Shown here: piece after piece, positions 40,810 through 55,063 of the stretch
Layout: every line of letters begins with the position of its first letter
Numbering within the stretch: position 1 is the first letter of the stretch
Source of the DNA: Octopus vulgaris
Taxonomy: Eukaryota
Direction: 5' to 3'
Assembly (NCBI GenBank): GCA_951406725.2
Contig: OX597817.1
Span: 153,946,001 to 154,010,000 of the forward strand
Length of the DNA stretch: 64,000 nt
Notes under the pieces: model-generated
The model's input: only the letters and a program-made list of their open reading frames with translations
Databases searched by the model: none
Told to the model about the DNA's origin: nothing
Made by a program: the position numbers and the translations under genes

Positions 40810-41330
40810 TTGTCTTTTGTAGTTCGCCGGCACCGTGTCTCATGCGGCCCATTCTCAAAAAGTTCTTCATGTTCTCCTATTTAAGAATTCCACCTCATTA
40901 TATCCTTGCAGTCGACCGCGGCTTGGCATTTTTTTTTAAAGCTCCTGTTTGCAATTCCACTTCACCCGGCTACTCTGAGGATTTTATGTGAGAATTTATT
41001 GTGAATTACATCCTGCTTCTTGGACTGCTTTGCTGTCACTTTCCATATCTTATTGCCATACAGAACTATTTACAAAAGCTCTGCACTATTCAGCTTAATC
41101 TTCAATGTAGTGCTGATGTTCGCTGCTGCAGAGTTCCAGATTGGGCGCAAGCGCCGAAATATGGCTCGCTTTACCAGATCTAATGTTCACTTCCATATCA
41201 TTGAATGCTACAGCTAAGATATGAGTTTCATATTTGTCTGTCAATGATGGTTAACAATCCAATCATTTGAGTCAATATGAGATCATCTTTGCTTTTACTC
41301 AAGAAACTAGGAATAGCAGTCTCAGATCCA
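40810..41330 (-). mobile_element. Decayed RTE-type LINE fragment
   Basis: IRSGKA...LAPIWNS...ISTTLKIKL and LYGNKIW (LLYGxETW-like) remnants. Confidence 0.55.
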
Positions 41331-41748
41331 CATGCATAAACACATACATACACACACACATACATACACACATGCATACATACATACATACATACATACA
41401 TACATGTATTCATACATACATGCATGCATACATGCATACATACATACATGCATACAAGCATACATACATACATGCATACATACATATATTCATACATACA
41501 TATATGCATGCATACATACATACATATATTCATACATACATACATGCATGCATACATACATACATATATTCATACATACATACATGCATACATAGATACA
41601 TATATTCATACATACATACATACATACATACATACATGCATACATACATACATACATACATACATACATACATACATACATGCATGCATACACACACACA
41701 CATACATACATACATACACACATATACATACATACATACATGCATGCA

Positions 41749-41780
<32 letters not shown>

Positions 41781-41816
41781 CATACATACATATATACATA
41801 TACATACATACATACA

Positions 41817-41850
<34 letters not shown>

Positions 41851-42306
41851 CATACATACATATACATACATACATACATACATACATACATACATACATA
41901 CATACATACATACATACATACATGCAAACATACATACATACATACATACATACATACATACATACATACATACATACATACTCGCGTACGCACGTATGCA
42001 CACATTGTACAATGTAGTCTTAAACATACAAAGGGCGGATAGTCAAGGCTGGAAAGCTTTTGATCAGAGATGTGTTCAATCAGGTTGGTTCTGGATCTTA
42101 CCAACAGTAAGAAACGTAGAAATTGCAACAACAATGGTAGCGACGACGACTATAACGATCCAGGCAGCTTTTGGTACTTTGCTGTGGTGGAGTTCCTTCG
42201 AGTATTGTTCCAAGAACGATGCCATTCATATTGCATACAATCAATATAGTTCCACAACAATATCCAATTCTGAATTTACTGAGCTATATAGAGTCACACA
42301 AACGCA

Positions 42307-42372
<66 letters not shown>

Positions 42373-42477
42373 CACACACAAACACACACACTCACACACA
42401 CAAACACACACACGCGCACATACACACACACACAAACACACACACACACGCACACACAAACACACACACACAAACAC

Positions 42478-42508
<31 letters not shown>

Positions 42509-42512
42509 CACA

Positions 42513-42546
<34 letters not shown>

Positions 42547-42557
42547 GCACACACACG

Positions 42558-42599
<42 letters not shown>

Positions 42600-42671
42600 C
42601 ACACACGCAAACAAACACACATGCACACACAAACACACATACACACAAACACACACACGCACACATACACA

Positions 42672-42712
<41 letters not shown>

Positions 42713-42821
42713 CACAAACACACAAACACACACTCACACACACAAACACACACACACGCACACAAGCACACACATACACGCAAACACACACACACAAGCA
42801 TACACATACACACACACACAC
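41331..42821. repeat. Long (CATA)n and (CA)n microsatellite blocks separated by about 300 bp of unique sequence
   Basis: Seen directly; source of the spurious 524-aa ORF. Confidence 0.95.
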
Positions 42822-43083
42822 AAGGAAGAGTGAATGTATGAGTGTAAAATTAGCTAGATTTATCTACACTGCATTAATTAGAAACCTTTTTATCTACGTA
42901 TTCCATTAGCTAAATCGTAATGGACGGCTGAAAAATGAAAACCTATGTACACAAGCGCGCGTACATTCAGCGTGTAGAAACACACATATATATGTATGTA
43001 TACGTGTATGTTCGTACGTAAATATATGCATATGCATGCATGTGTATACACACACACTCACATACACATACATACACACATAG

Positions 43084-43114
<31 letters not shown>

Positions 43115-44274
43115 TATATATATATACAGATGTACACATATGTCTATACGTGTCTGTGTTTGTGTACGTGTGTATACGCTAAAATATACGCAAATATACA
43201 TTAGATATATAAAGTAGGTATATACACAGAAACACACACACACAGACGCACATCCATCCATCCGTCCGTCCATTCATCCATCCATCAATACAAACATACA
43301 TATACACGTACATACGTACATACACCCATCCATCCATCCATCCATCCATCCATCCATCTATCCATCCATGCATACATACATATATACATACATGCATGCA
43401 TACATACATAAATACCAAAATACATACATACATACATACATACATACATACATACATACATACATACATACATACATTCATTCATATATAAGCAATCACC
43501 CGATATGCATACCCAAACAAATTAAGTTTATAATAGACCCTCCAGTATATTAACAGAATAACGTGACCAGTGACAATAACGTTATGAGATACGAGTTCTT
43601 GAATCTACATTTTATTTTTATTGATGTGTTCCTTTATTTTGCCATTGTCTCCTCACCCCTTTGCCCAACTTCCCTCAATCAGTGTTTTCAAGTTGGTGCA
43701 TCCTCATCCACTTTCCAGTCAGTCCTTCTCCGTTGTCCGTGTCTTCTGAACCCTTCTTAGTCAGCTTCTGATATCAACTCTCATAGTATATCTCTCTGTT
43801 TCCATAGAGACTCAACATAAAAGTAGTTTGCCATCACTTACAAAGACGGCTTTTGTTACAAGGTAAACATTTACAATCTAACTAATTAGTGCGCTTTTTT
43901 ATACATTGTTAGAGAAGGAAAATGAGAGAGCGAAAGGAAAAACGAAAGAAAAAATGAGAGTTTGTGTTTCTTTGTTGGAGAGAGGGAAAGAGAGAAAAAA
44001 GAGAAAAAAGATAAAGAGAGAGAAAGTGAAAGTAAAAGAAGGTGAGAGAGTAAGAGACATACGACTAAGTAACACAAGTCTAAAGCTCTCTCATCTTCAG
44101 TCAGATTGGTCAACAACTATAATTAATGAGGTAACACGAGTATAAATCTATCATCGCTACCATAATTACCACCTTCACAACCACTACCACCACCACAACC
44201 ACAACCATAATCATTACCAACAACAACAATGCCGCTTAGCATCCTTACCAATACCAAGCCATAATATAGTGTAT

Positions 44275-44664
44275 GGATTATGGAAGCACTCCGTCGGTTA
44301 CGACGACGAGGGTTCCGGTTGATCAAACCAATGGAACAGCCTGCTCGTGAAATTAACGTGTAAGTGGCTGAGCACTCCACAGACACGTGTACCCTTAACG
44401 TAGTTCTCGGGGATATTCAGCGTGACACAGAGAGTGACAAGGCCGGCCCTTTGAAATACAGGTACAACAGAAACAGGAAGTAAGAGTGAGAGAAAGTTGT
44501 GGTGAAAGAGTACAGCAGGGATCACCACCATCCCCTGCCGGAGCCTCGTGGAGCTTTTAGGTGTTTTCGCTCAATAAACACTCACAACGCCCGGTCTGGG
44601 AATCGAAACCGCGATCCTACGACCGCGAGTCCGCTGCCCTAACCACTGGGCCATTGCGCCTCCA
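44275..44664 (-). mobile_element. SINE family A, full length
   Basis: TSD ATAATATAGTGTA. Confidence 0.88.
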
Positions 44665-45110
44665 CTAAATAATATAGTGTAAACGTTGTAACACTCGCAA
44701 ACCATTGATATAATATAACACTGAACAATTATTATGTTAGTTTTCAGAGTTCGAAGAAAACTTGGAAACAACGTCTTGTATTACATGAAATGTATAGGGG
44801 TCCTATTTATGTTTAATTATCAGTTTACTGAATTACACTGTTTCCCGCTGGTTACAAATTTATATTACTGCAAACCCTATCTGAAAGCATAGATCTTCAA
44901 AGGACATTATGCAACGGAGGAGGTTTAATGTTTCCATAATTTACAAGTTGGGAAGATGGCACCTACTTATTAGTAGCAAAATGCCTCTGTTTTTATTCGT
45001 TTATCGATTTGCTCTCTAAATCTTTCTTTCTTTTCCTTCTTTCAGTCTCTCTCTTTCACTCCCCCCACCCACCCACAAACCACATACATATATATATATA
45101 TGTACATATT

Positions 45111-46600
45111 CGAGGGTGTGCTGGAAGGTTCTTGGCTTCAAGGCCTGGTTGATCCGAATCAACGGAACAGCCTGCTCGTTGAAATTAACGTGTGAAGTGG
45201 CGGAAAATCAACTCCACAGACACTTTTCAGTACTCCTTAGACCTGTCTGTTCTATCAACGGGTTTGATATTCAGCGTGACACAGAGAGTGACAAGGAACA
45301 GCCTGCTCGTGAAATTAACGTGTAAGTGGCTGAGCACTCCACAGACACGTGTACCCTACGTAGGTACAACAGGCCGGCCCTTGAAATAGGAAGTAAGAGT
45401 GAGAGAAAGTTGTGGTGAAAGAGTACAGCAGGGATCACCACCATCCCCTGCCGGAGCCTCGTGGAGCTTTTAGGTGTTTTCGCTCAATAAACACTCAAAC
45501 GCCCGGTCTGGGAATCGAAACCGCGATCTATATGACCGCGAGTCCGCTGCCCTAACCACTGGGCCATTGCGCTTCCACATATTATATTACGTTAGCAAAC
45601 AATTTCTGTCGTTTTTTTACCGTTTATTTTATTCTTTATTTTTATCCGCAGCTGCATGGCTGAAACACAGAGGGGACAATACAAGGACAGACAATATTTT
45701 AAGTCGATTACAACTTCTTGCCACCGTTCCACGAGCTTATCAATGCCTTTACGGTAGAAATCACCGGGTCTTGACTTAAAAAATTTCTTGGAACTTGGAT
45801 TTCGGCTCCATATTGTTGAACGAAACAACGACAGACGAAATGCCGCTAAGCATTTCGCCCAGCGCGCTAACGTGTCTGCCAGCTCGGATCAAATTAGCGA
45901 TGATACAGGCGTTGTCGTGTTGAGGAAGCAGACTAAATCGGTGATGGAGTCGTTGCAGTTGGACTGCCTCATTGAACCGGTACCTATGCTGAACGTAAAG
46001 CTCTTCACTGCCCGTGTGGTTGTTTCAATAATTTTCCCTCTGCTTCATATTGACGTAAAGAAACCATTTTCATTGTCGGTGGTTGTGCGCTAAAAGAATC
46101 TTTGCTTGTGACCAAGAGTAGCCTGGTGATGAACGAGCAAATTGGCAGCGATAGAGAAGCGCTAAAGTTTGTCTTTTATGTTCAGAGTGCGTGGCACCTA
46201 TACACCGAAGTTTTGAACCTTACCCGTCGAGTGAAGTTAGTGAATGACGGTGTCATGTGAGTATAGCATCCGTTGGGTCAATTTCCAAGAGGATTGGTGC
46301 GGATCCACGTGGATGGGCTCATTCAATCGATTTCCATGGAAATGAACAAGTCGACCGGAACGCAGAGAGCTTGTGAAGTAATTTCCCCTCCTCTCCTTAA
46401 AGCGTGAAAATCATTTCATTGCAGTTCTTTCAACAACAGCGCATTCTCCGTATACAGTGCAAATGTTTCCAGCGACTAAGAAGGCTTTGAAACCAGGGTT
46501 GAATTCGAATAAAAGTAGGCATCGAAAATGTTCGTTGTTTTTGTTTTTTCTACTGGCACTTGATGTCTGAAAAGAAGTAAAATTTATTCAAATTTGAAAC
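45111..46600 (-). mobile_element. Fragmented mariner element with SINE insertions (rearranged family A copy at 45145-45576)
   Basis: Minus strand NEHFRCLLLFEFN, *VPRTL, DNEKWFLYVN, DFYRKGIDKLVERWQEVV; terminal CACACCCTCG-like TIR at 45111. Confidence 0.8.
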
Positions 46601-46746
46601 ACGATAAATAAGAGTTCTTGAGGAACAGGAGAGTTGCAGAAATATTTTAAAATTAAATAAATAAATATAAAGCATAAAACACTATGACAAACAGGATTTT
46701 GGCATTAATTCAAATAATATTGGAACGAAACGAACGAACGAACGAG

Positions 46747-46906
<160 letters not shown>

Positions 46907-47591
46907 GTCCTACAATGATTATATGGCATCCTCATTTATAGAAATGTAAAGTTAGATGTCCTGCTGATATTCAAAACCTGAGTCAAAGAGAAACGTTTAA
47001 TATTTAGGGGTGAAGAAGCCATTAAGAAGTCTCTGAAAACCGAAATGAAAACGAAAGTCCTTAGAGTTTCTAGAGCAAAAGAGTACTTTAAGATAAATGG
47101 GATACCAATGAATTTGTGAAATTAAAGATCTTTATTTTTCTCAACACAGACGTGGCCCAACAGTTTCTTATTGCCTTGCAATTCGTCCCTAGGACAAAAA
47201 TGTTTTTTTATTCGTGTTCTTTCGACCTGCTAGTAGCATTAGTCAAGCATTGCTTTTCAAAAGTAATGCTTAAAAAATCGGTGCATTATTATCAGAAGGA
47301 AATGAATAATATATAATTGATTTAAAGTTGTAGGATATACAACATGATACTTACCCTTTGAACTCGCGAGTACGCTTTATTTTGAGCTTGTTGCCTAACA
47401 GAAATATCGTTATTTTCAACCATACAAACGAAACCATGTAACGGCCTGCTTCAAGGGAGTATCGCAAACGAATCGCAATCGCAAAAGCTTACTTGCAAAT
47501 TCGAAAGGTTATCAATAACTATGCATTGCTTTCTAATATAGCTAACCTGTAACATCAAGAAATCACCAGAATTTAAGCTAAACGCAATCTG

Positions 47592-47924
47592 GAAGCACAG
47601 CCTGCTCGTGAAATTAACGTGTAAGTGGCTTAGCACTCCACAGACACGTGTACCCTTAACGTAGTTCTCGGGGATATTCAGCGTGACACAGAGAGTGACA
47701 AGGCCGGCCCTTTGAAATACAGGTACAACAGAAACAGGAAGTAAGAGTGAGAGAAAGTTGTGGTGAAAGAGTACAGCAGGGATCACCACCACCCCCTGCC
47801 GGAGCCTCGTGGTTTTAGGTGTTTTTTCGCTCAATAAACACTCACAACGCCCGGTCTGGGAATCGAAACCGCGATCCTATGACCGCGAGTCCGCTGCCCT
47901 AACCACTGGGCCATTGCGCCTCCA
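47592..47924 (-). mobile_element. SINE family A, short 3' end
   Basis: Same head and body; TSD GCTAAACGCAAT. Confidence 0.85.
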
Positions 47925-48306
47925 CGCTAAACGCAATACCATTTACGAAATAGAGATACAATAGAGCTTTCGTGTATATACTAAAAGAAGACAACTTATC
48001 ATTGACTCATGAGTTAAGGGAGTTTGTACGTGATCACTCGAGCAGCAAAATCTCCCTTAAATCACGTCCTATTGTCCTTAAAAAAGGAAGTACACAAAAG
48101 ATAGGGCGGTCATAGATATGTAAGGGTCATGACTGAAAGATGATTGAATATAGGTTTGCTCAAAAAGGACAACGGCACTGAAAAGTCTTCCTGATATCAG
48201 TTGAATTAAAGTTTGATCCGAGTCCCTTTAGATCGGACCTTATCTCAGTTTCCATGGTGTTAAGCGATTAGCCGTATAAGAATTTCCATATATATATATA
48301 TATATA

Positions 48307-48354
<48 letters not shown>

Positions 48355-48361
48355 AATCTAT

Positions 48362-48409
<48 letters not shown>

Positions 48410-48604
48410 GTCCGTGTATATGTATGTATACACACAAGCACACACACAGTAGGGAAGAAATATGTCCAGTATGGTGCGGGAAGATTTCATGTATATGAAA
48501 TTACAGTACACGTGTTGCTTAGAGTAAGTAGATTTGTTTCTTTGTAGCAAAAGAACCTAGAAGGAGTTCGTCCGTTTTGCGGGTCCATTGGATTCAGTTC
48601 TTCA

Positions 48605-48905
48605 GACTGTATTCTGGGGGGAAAATTTAAATCCAGATGCAACAACCATCTTCCTACCTTTAGGCACTCCGAGAAAGAACAGCCTCTACGGCATTAATCT
48701 GGAGACTCAAGGACGCGAACAGCAACTGCAACATCGAATGGAAGATCCTTTCTAAAACAAGACCTTCTAATAACAGATCAAATAGATATCCTGTATGCTA
48801 GCTTGAAAATTGAATAGTTTAAAGAACCTTCGACCAACCAAGGGCTGTATAAGTATCAAAGGCGAGATTTTTGTCATGTCTGATATTACAAAGAACATCT
48901 TGGCG
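48605..48905 (+). mobile_element. Penelope-like element GIY-YIG endonuclease C-terminal relic
   Basis: GKFKSRCNNHLPTFRH / IWRLKD...IEWKILSKTRPS...YPVC*LEN pattern, with frameshift and stops. Confidence 0.7.
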
Positions 48906-49220
48906 GGGATTAAAGACAAACAGACAGACCATAACCCATTCCGGTGTTAGTTTATTAAATTTTCGAAACTGTTAGAACTGCTTGTATTTGCAGTGCCTTC
49001 AACTTTAATCATCTTCCTTTCATCACTCTGCCTCTTTCAAGATGTGTGTGCTCTTTCAAATACCAATTATATCAAATGCAGTTCCTAAACCGTCTTGTTG
49101 ACTTCAAGAGCTTGAAAAATAAATTTAACATTTCGGCTAAGAAACACAGGCTTGCTGCATTTCACAAAGCTTTTTGTGTTTCTTAATAATGCGTGTGTGA
49201 CACACACACGACACACACCC

Positions 49221-49299
<79 letters not shown>

Positions 49300-49578
49300 A
49301 CATGCATATATATATATATTTGCTACGACAGGTGGAATTAACGTTCATGCAGGCACCAGACTTGCCCTATATCATTGTGTATCAGTTTGTCCCTCACTAT
49401 TGCATGAAGATCGGTGTTGGAATATTTACGTTTTTATAATTTAGCGGTTCAGCCAATGAAACTGATAGAAAAAGTACCACACTTGGAAATAAACTTGACT
49501 AAACACATCAAGGCGGTCTCCATGCATGACTGCAAACCGATGACTTAAATAAGTAAAAAATAATATGTATATAAATGT

Positions 49579-49682
<104 letters not shown>

Positions 49683-49921
49683 TTCGTTTTGGGATTTGGT
49701 TTGCAAGATTCTTTATATGAGTTCGTGTGTTGAAGCATATTCTGTTGTGTCTGGGGAGAGTCATTCTCTTTTAGTGCCTTAAGACTATTGAAAAGATTGT
49801 ATGACGCAACGAAAATTTTAGGAAAATAAAAATAAGAAATAAGTGGAAATTTTACCGGTGAGTGTGTTACATTATAAGGCACAAAAAGAAAATGACTCTC
49901 CCCAGACACAACAGTATATCA

Positions 49922-49967
<46 letters not shown>

Positions 49968-50298
49968 GTAAAATAAATGGATGCAGAGATATATTTCTAA
50001 AATCAGATATATGGAATGAAAGCAAACCTAGCGCTCACCACGGTCTTATCCATCCCTACACAAATTTACAGGATTGTCATAAATATATGTGATGTGATGA
50101 GACACTCACAATTGAAATTATTCAAGAAATCGATAAACTCGTCCATTCTTTGCTTGCATCTTGAGAAATCTTATCGATTATCTAACAGATATTGATTAAG
50201 GACAGAAACAGATAAGGCAGAGCACACGTAAATGTGCTCGCACGCACTCAGTCAGACAGACAGATACAGGCAGACAAACAGACACACGCACAGATGCA

Positions 50299-50333
<35 letters not shown>

Positions 50334-50760
50334 CACACACACATTTATATAAAGGGAATAGGAGTGAGAGGCAGAGGGAATGATGTGACACAGACTGAAA
50401 GAGACAGATTGTAGGAAGTCGTATTGATGGATTTTTGAATCGACAGAGTCAGTCAGTCAGTTTGATAACCAGACTGTTGTGTGTGTGTGTGTATGTGAGT
50501 GTGTGTGTGTGCATGTATGGACGTATACACACGCACGCACACACATATATATATACATGTACATACATACAAATATATATTAACATATATACAAATTGAG
50601 ATAGGGGTTGTAAATGCAACCCTCCATGGGATAACATATATCCAATATACTGCTAGTGAAGTACCCAAGAAAGTTAATACATAAATGTTAATGATTGCGA
50701 TGTAATCAATTCATTTACTGTATTATATGGGCAAAGGTAAAATGATTTACCACAAATTAC

Positions 50761-51049
50761 TAATACAAGATAAGAAAATGGAGAAATACATCTAAATCAA
50801 ATATCAATTACCAGATAATACTCAATCACATACTTTATTAAACCACCACATAAGAGACTGTAGGGTTAGATATAAAAGCAGAACAAATCAGTGAACATAA
50901 ATGAACGTACATAAAAAAGTGTACATAAAAAAGTAATGTTGTATAATAAGTAGAATATATTGTGGTGGTTTAATAAAGTATGTGACTGAGTATTATCTGG
51001 TAATTGATATTTGATTTAGATGTATTTCTCCATTTTCTTATCTTGTATT

Positions 51050-51050
<1 letters not shown>
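50761..51050. repeat. 90-bp-arm inverted repeat next to (TA)n; smaller IR at about 49735-49920
   Basis: Arms 50761-50850 and 50961-51050 are reverse complements with about one mismatch. Confidence 0.88.
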
Positions 51051-51116
<66 letters not shown>

Positions 51117-51414
51117 AATGAAACAGGGACAACTGAAGAAGGAATATTCTTTATGTTGTATGCCTCGTTTCCATCTTTTTGTTTTTATTTTCGTTTCTCA
51201 ATGTGTCCAACGTATTTTGATGTCCTGTACCCATATATGCACGTATATATACATATAAATGTAGGGATGTACATATATGTATATATGCATATACTTATAT
51301 ATCAAATTATATCATATTATATTATATATATATATATATAAAATGTGACCTCGTGTGTACCGTTAGCGATTTTTTTCCTCTGTCTTCCCTTCTCTGATTC
51401 TTTCCTTCTCCTAT

Positions 51415-51449
51415 GTTTCCGACGAAGAGCTCCGCTCGAAACGTTAAAC
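51415..51449 (+). ncRNA. Second copy of the minimal variant hammerhead-like motif
   Basis: GTTT-CCGACGA-A-GAGC-TCC-GCTC-GAAAC-GTT-AAAC inside a repeat (51372-51548) closely similar to 24045-24218. Confidence 0.55.
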
Positions 51450-51543
51450 CCTTCTTCTTCCCTTCCTTCCTGAGAGTCCAATAATACTATATTTGTTCCA
51501 CGTCCTCTCGTTGTTGTGTTTTTTTGTGCTTTCTTGTTTGGAT

Positions 51544-51585
<42 letters not shown>

Positions 51586-52067
51586 AAAACGGAGAAAGAA
51601 TATATTGTGGATACTTATTTTATTTGTATCACAATAAAAACACAGCAAATATTTAATACAAATAAAATTTAAAGGAACGTCAACTGACATAAAATAAGAA
51701 TAAAAGGTGCCAACAGACGTTTCAATTTGGGCACTACGCAAATAGTGCTTCTGATCTGAAGGATTCGAACCATGTCCACCTACAACTCTTAACATGGTTC
51801 GAGTCCTGTGGATAAGAAGCACTGTTTACCTAGTGACCAGATAGGGCGAAAACGACCTGTACATTTATTTGGACTCGTATTCCCCCCCCCCCCCGTGTAT
51901 TGTGTTGACGAAGGAAGAAGGCTTATTTATTATTATTATTATTTTTGCTTTTTTTTTTTGCTTTAATCCAGAAATTGGAACCAATTCACAATTAACGTGA
52001 GGTCTTTTTTATTTTCTTTCACCAGCCTGCTTTCATCCATATGTATATTTAGCTGGAGTCTTTGGTA

Positions 52068-52102
<35 letters not shown>

Positions 52103-52197
52103 ATAATATAGGGTGAAATTAATTAATTTGGAATAATCATTAATTACACCAAGTAGATTTCGGTATGTAAAAGCCTCATTCGAGGAAAGTTTAAGTA

Positions 52198-52650
52198 ATA
52201 CTAAGTAATTAAGGGTTTAGCAACGAATTGCCTCACCACACACCGAATTTAGAAATAGCAGTCAAAAAGTTATAGCTATTCTTTCTACTAAAAGGGAGAT
52301 CTCAGTAAAAACACAGCACTTGAAAGGCAAACACAGACAGGTAAGAGAGAATGAAATGACGGCTATCTATCATACAATTTTAAGTCACCTACGGACGTAC
52401 GTTTCGAAATTAAGTTTTAGGAAAGCATAAGAATTAGATAATTCTTATGCTTTCCTAAAACTTAATTTCGAAAATTGTATGATAGATTGCCGTCATTTCA
52501 TTCTCTCTTACCTGTCTGTGTTTGCCTTTCAAGTGCTGTGTTTTTACTGAGATCTCCCTTTTAGTAGAAAGAATAGGTATAACTTTTTGACTGCTATTTC
52601 TAAATTCGGTGTGTGGTGAGGCAATTCGTTGCTAAACCCTTAACTACTTA

Positions 52651-52653
<3 letters not shown>
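52198..52653. repeat. Nested long inverted repeat between (TA)n tracts
   Basis: Outer arms of about 180 bp plus inner palindrome 52402-52473; unpaired segment reads GAAAC-GTAC-GTC on the minus strand. Confidence 0.9.
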
Positions 52654-52734
<81 letters not shown>

Positions 52735-52934
52735 AGGTTTGGAGATGATGTACAGGTATTATATCTTAGAAGAAATGAGGTAATCAGAAGATCGGATGGT
52801 TCATATTTACAGATATTTATTTATATATTACATTTTTTACATATATATATCATATCATTCAGATCATATCATTCAGATCATTAGCGCTTTCTCCCATTCT
52901 AGTGGGGTTTTCAAATCAAAAAAACTTTTTTTTT

Positions 52935-54800
52935 TGGGGGAGTATCAAGAAGTACTGTCTCGAAAGTAATGACAGTCTTTGGAAAAAAGGGAAAACCTCT
53001 TCGTCGAAACAAAACCCGGAAGAAAACCAAAATGTTCAGATAGGAACCGTTGGACTCTTACGCGAATTGTTAGAAAGGATCACAATAGCACAGCTCCCCA
53101 AATTACTGCAGAGCTTAATGACCACCTCGAGAACCCAGGTTCCACAAAAACTGTTCACTGAGAGCTGCACAAAGCCGGATTTCACAGATGGGCTGCAATC
53201 AGAAAACCACTTCTTTCAAAAACAAATGTTACAAAGCGTTTAGAGTGGAGTAAAAACCAACAGAAATGGTCCGTAGAGCAGTGGAAGAATGTTATTTTCT
53301 CGGGCAAATCATCCTTTACCCTATTTCCGACCACCGACCGAGTACATGTGTGGAAAGAGCCAAAAGAAGCATTTGACCCAGATTACCTTCTTCCAATTGT
53401 TAAACATGGAGGAGGATCTGTGATGATCGGGGGTTTGTTTATATCTTGGAAATCCGCCGGCCCAATGGTTTCTGTCCATGGCAGAATTAATAGTCAAGAC
53501 TATTTAAGCATTTTATCTGATCAAATTCATCCTATGGTTGCGGAACTGTTTCCAGGGGGAAACACAATCTTTCAGAATGATAATGCACCAATTCATCCAG
53601 CTATTGTTATTGAATGGTATTTATTATTATTTTTTTTTTAGTTTCAGCTCACAAGCTGTGGCCATGCTGGGGCACCGCCATTTGGTTTTGCTACATGATT
53701 TTACTTCACGAATGCTTTTTAGCAATTGCCATTTGGTGCATGAGAGAGTTCGATGCAGCTGCCCTCATCTGCACCTCCTGCCGTGAAGTTGGTTCATCTG
53801 GGACACCTGACAAGAAGAGATCCAGTTTTATTTTAAAGTCATCTGCATCCACCCCATGCAGGTCTCTTAGGTTCTTCGGGAGGATATTGAAGAGCTCGGA
53901 AGCCCAGGCTATCACAGTATATTGTCCTACATCTTGATGGCAAATTTGGAGTCCTTGGCACTATGCAGTGGCGCCCAGTTCTGGCATTTGTGTAACTCTC
54001 GATGCCAAAGTTTGGGACAAGTCCGTCTAGGATCTTCCAGATGTATATTATGGCATATCTTTCACGCCTACGTTCTAAGGAATAGAGTCTCAATCTCTTG
54101 AGTCTTTCCCAATAGCTTATATGCTGCACAGAGGCTATCTTCTTCGTGTAGCTTCGTTGGATCGCCTCAAGTTCTGTGATTAATTTGACACTGGATGGTG
54201 ACCATAGCTGAGAGCAATAGTCAAAGTGGCTTAGGATAAGTGTCCTCCAGAGGACCATCATGGTTTCCTAGTCTCTTGTTCTAAAGGTTCTCAGAATCCA
54301 TCGGGTTAGCCGCCTACATTTCATTGCCAATTTAGCAACATGTACATGAAAGGTTGCATCATCACTCATGTAAATACCCAGGGCTCGCACTGACTGTGCC
54401 TCTGGGATTGCAATCCCTCCAGGTCCAGTGTATTTATTGGGTATTGCATTTAGTTTTGCATGCTGATGGCATAAAGCTTGAAGGTATGAGGAACATTCTG
54501 GTGAAGTTCAACAACTCATCTGGTCACCATAATCTCCAGATCTCAATATTATTGAACTTTTATCGTGTATTTTAGAAAAACAAGTAAGGAGTCGATATCC
54601 TCCACCATCATCACTACAAGAACTGGAGACTGTTTTAGCAGAAGGATGGACAAAAATTCCTTTGGAAACAATTCAAATTTTGTACGAGTCCAGACTTCAT
54701 AGAAATCAAGCTGTAATTACTGCCAAAGGCGGTACTACCCCATATTAAAATAAATTCGTTTGAAATTTTAAGGTGTTTCCATTATTTTGTCCAACCCCTG
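52935..54800 (+). mobile_element. Degenerate Tc1-family transposon interrupted by a LINE
   Basis: Frameshifted transposase: VKHGGGSVMI, IFQNDNAPIH, then after the insertion SPDLNIIE and AKGGTTPY; right TIR ends GTCCAACCCCTG|TA. Confidence 0.9.
53621..54482 (-). mobile_element. 5'-truncated CR1-type LINE (ORF2 C-terminus and 3' tail) inserted in the Tc1 element
   Basis: ILSHFDYCSQLWSP, LEAIQRSYTK, SYWERLKRLRLYSLERRRER, FKIKLDLFL motifs; A/(TAA) tail; GGTAT repeated at both junctions. Confidence 0.88.
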
Positions 54801-55063
54801 TATAAATATATATATATATATACACAGTAATGCCTGGATATACAAGTTAATTCGTTCCCGGGGAACGCTCGTAAAGCCAAAACTCGTAAACAGAAAATAA
54901 AACTTGTGAAAACTCGTAAAGCCGGGGTCTCGTTAAACAGGTCCACATAAAGTGTAGTATTACTGTATACATACATGTACATATAAATATTTGTGTGTGT
55001 GTGTATACATATATTCGTATGTGTATGTTTGTGTGTGTCTGTGTATGCATATATATGTGCAGT

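Noticed and set aside
41267-42841. 524-aa His/Thr/Tyr/Ile-rich ORF and the many [12 protein letters not shown] and MDGW ORFs
   Set aside because: They are translations of (CATA)n, (CA)n, (TA)n and (GGAT)n microsatellites, with no splice or domain support.
47346-47440. ATACTTACC (U1 5'-like, or a minus-strand donor) with a short upstream ORF, and a 15-nt match to VWA exon 1
   Set aside because: No U1 body follows, no partner exons were found, and the short match is plausible by chance in AT-rich DNA.
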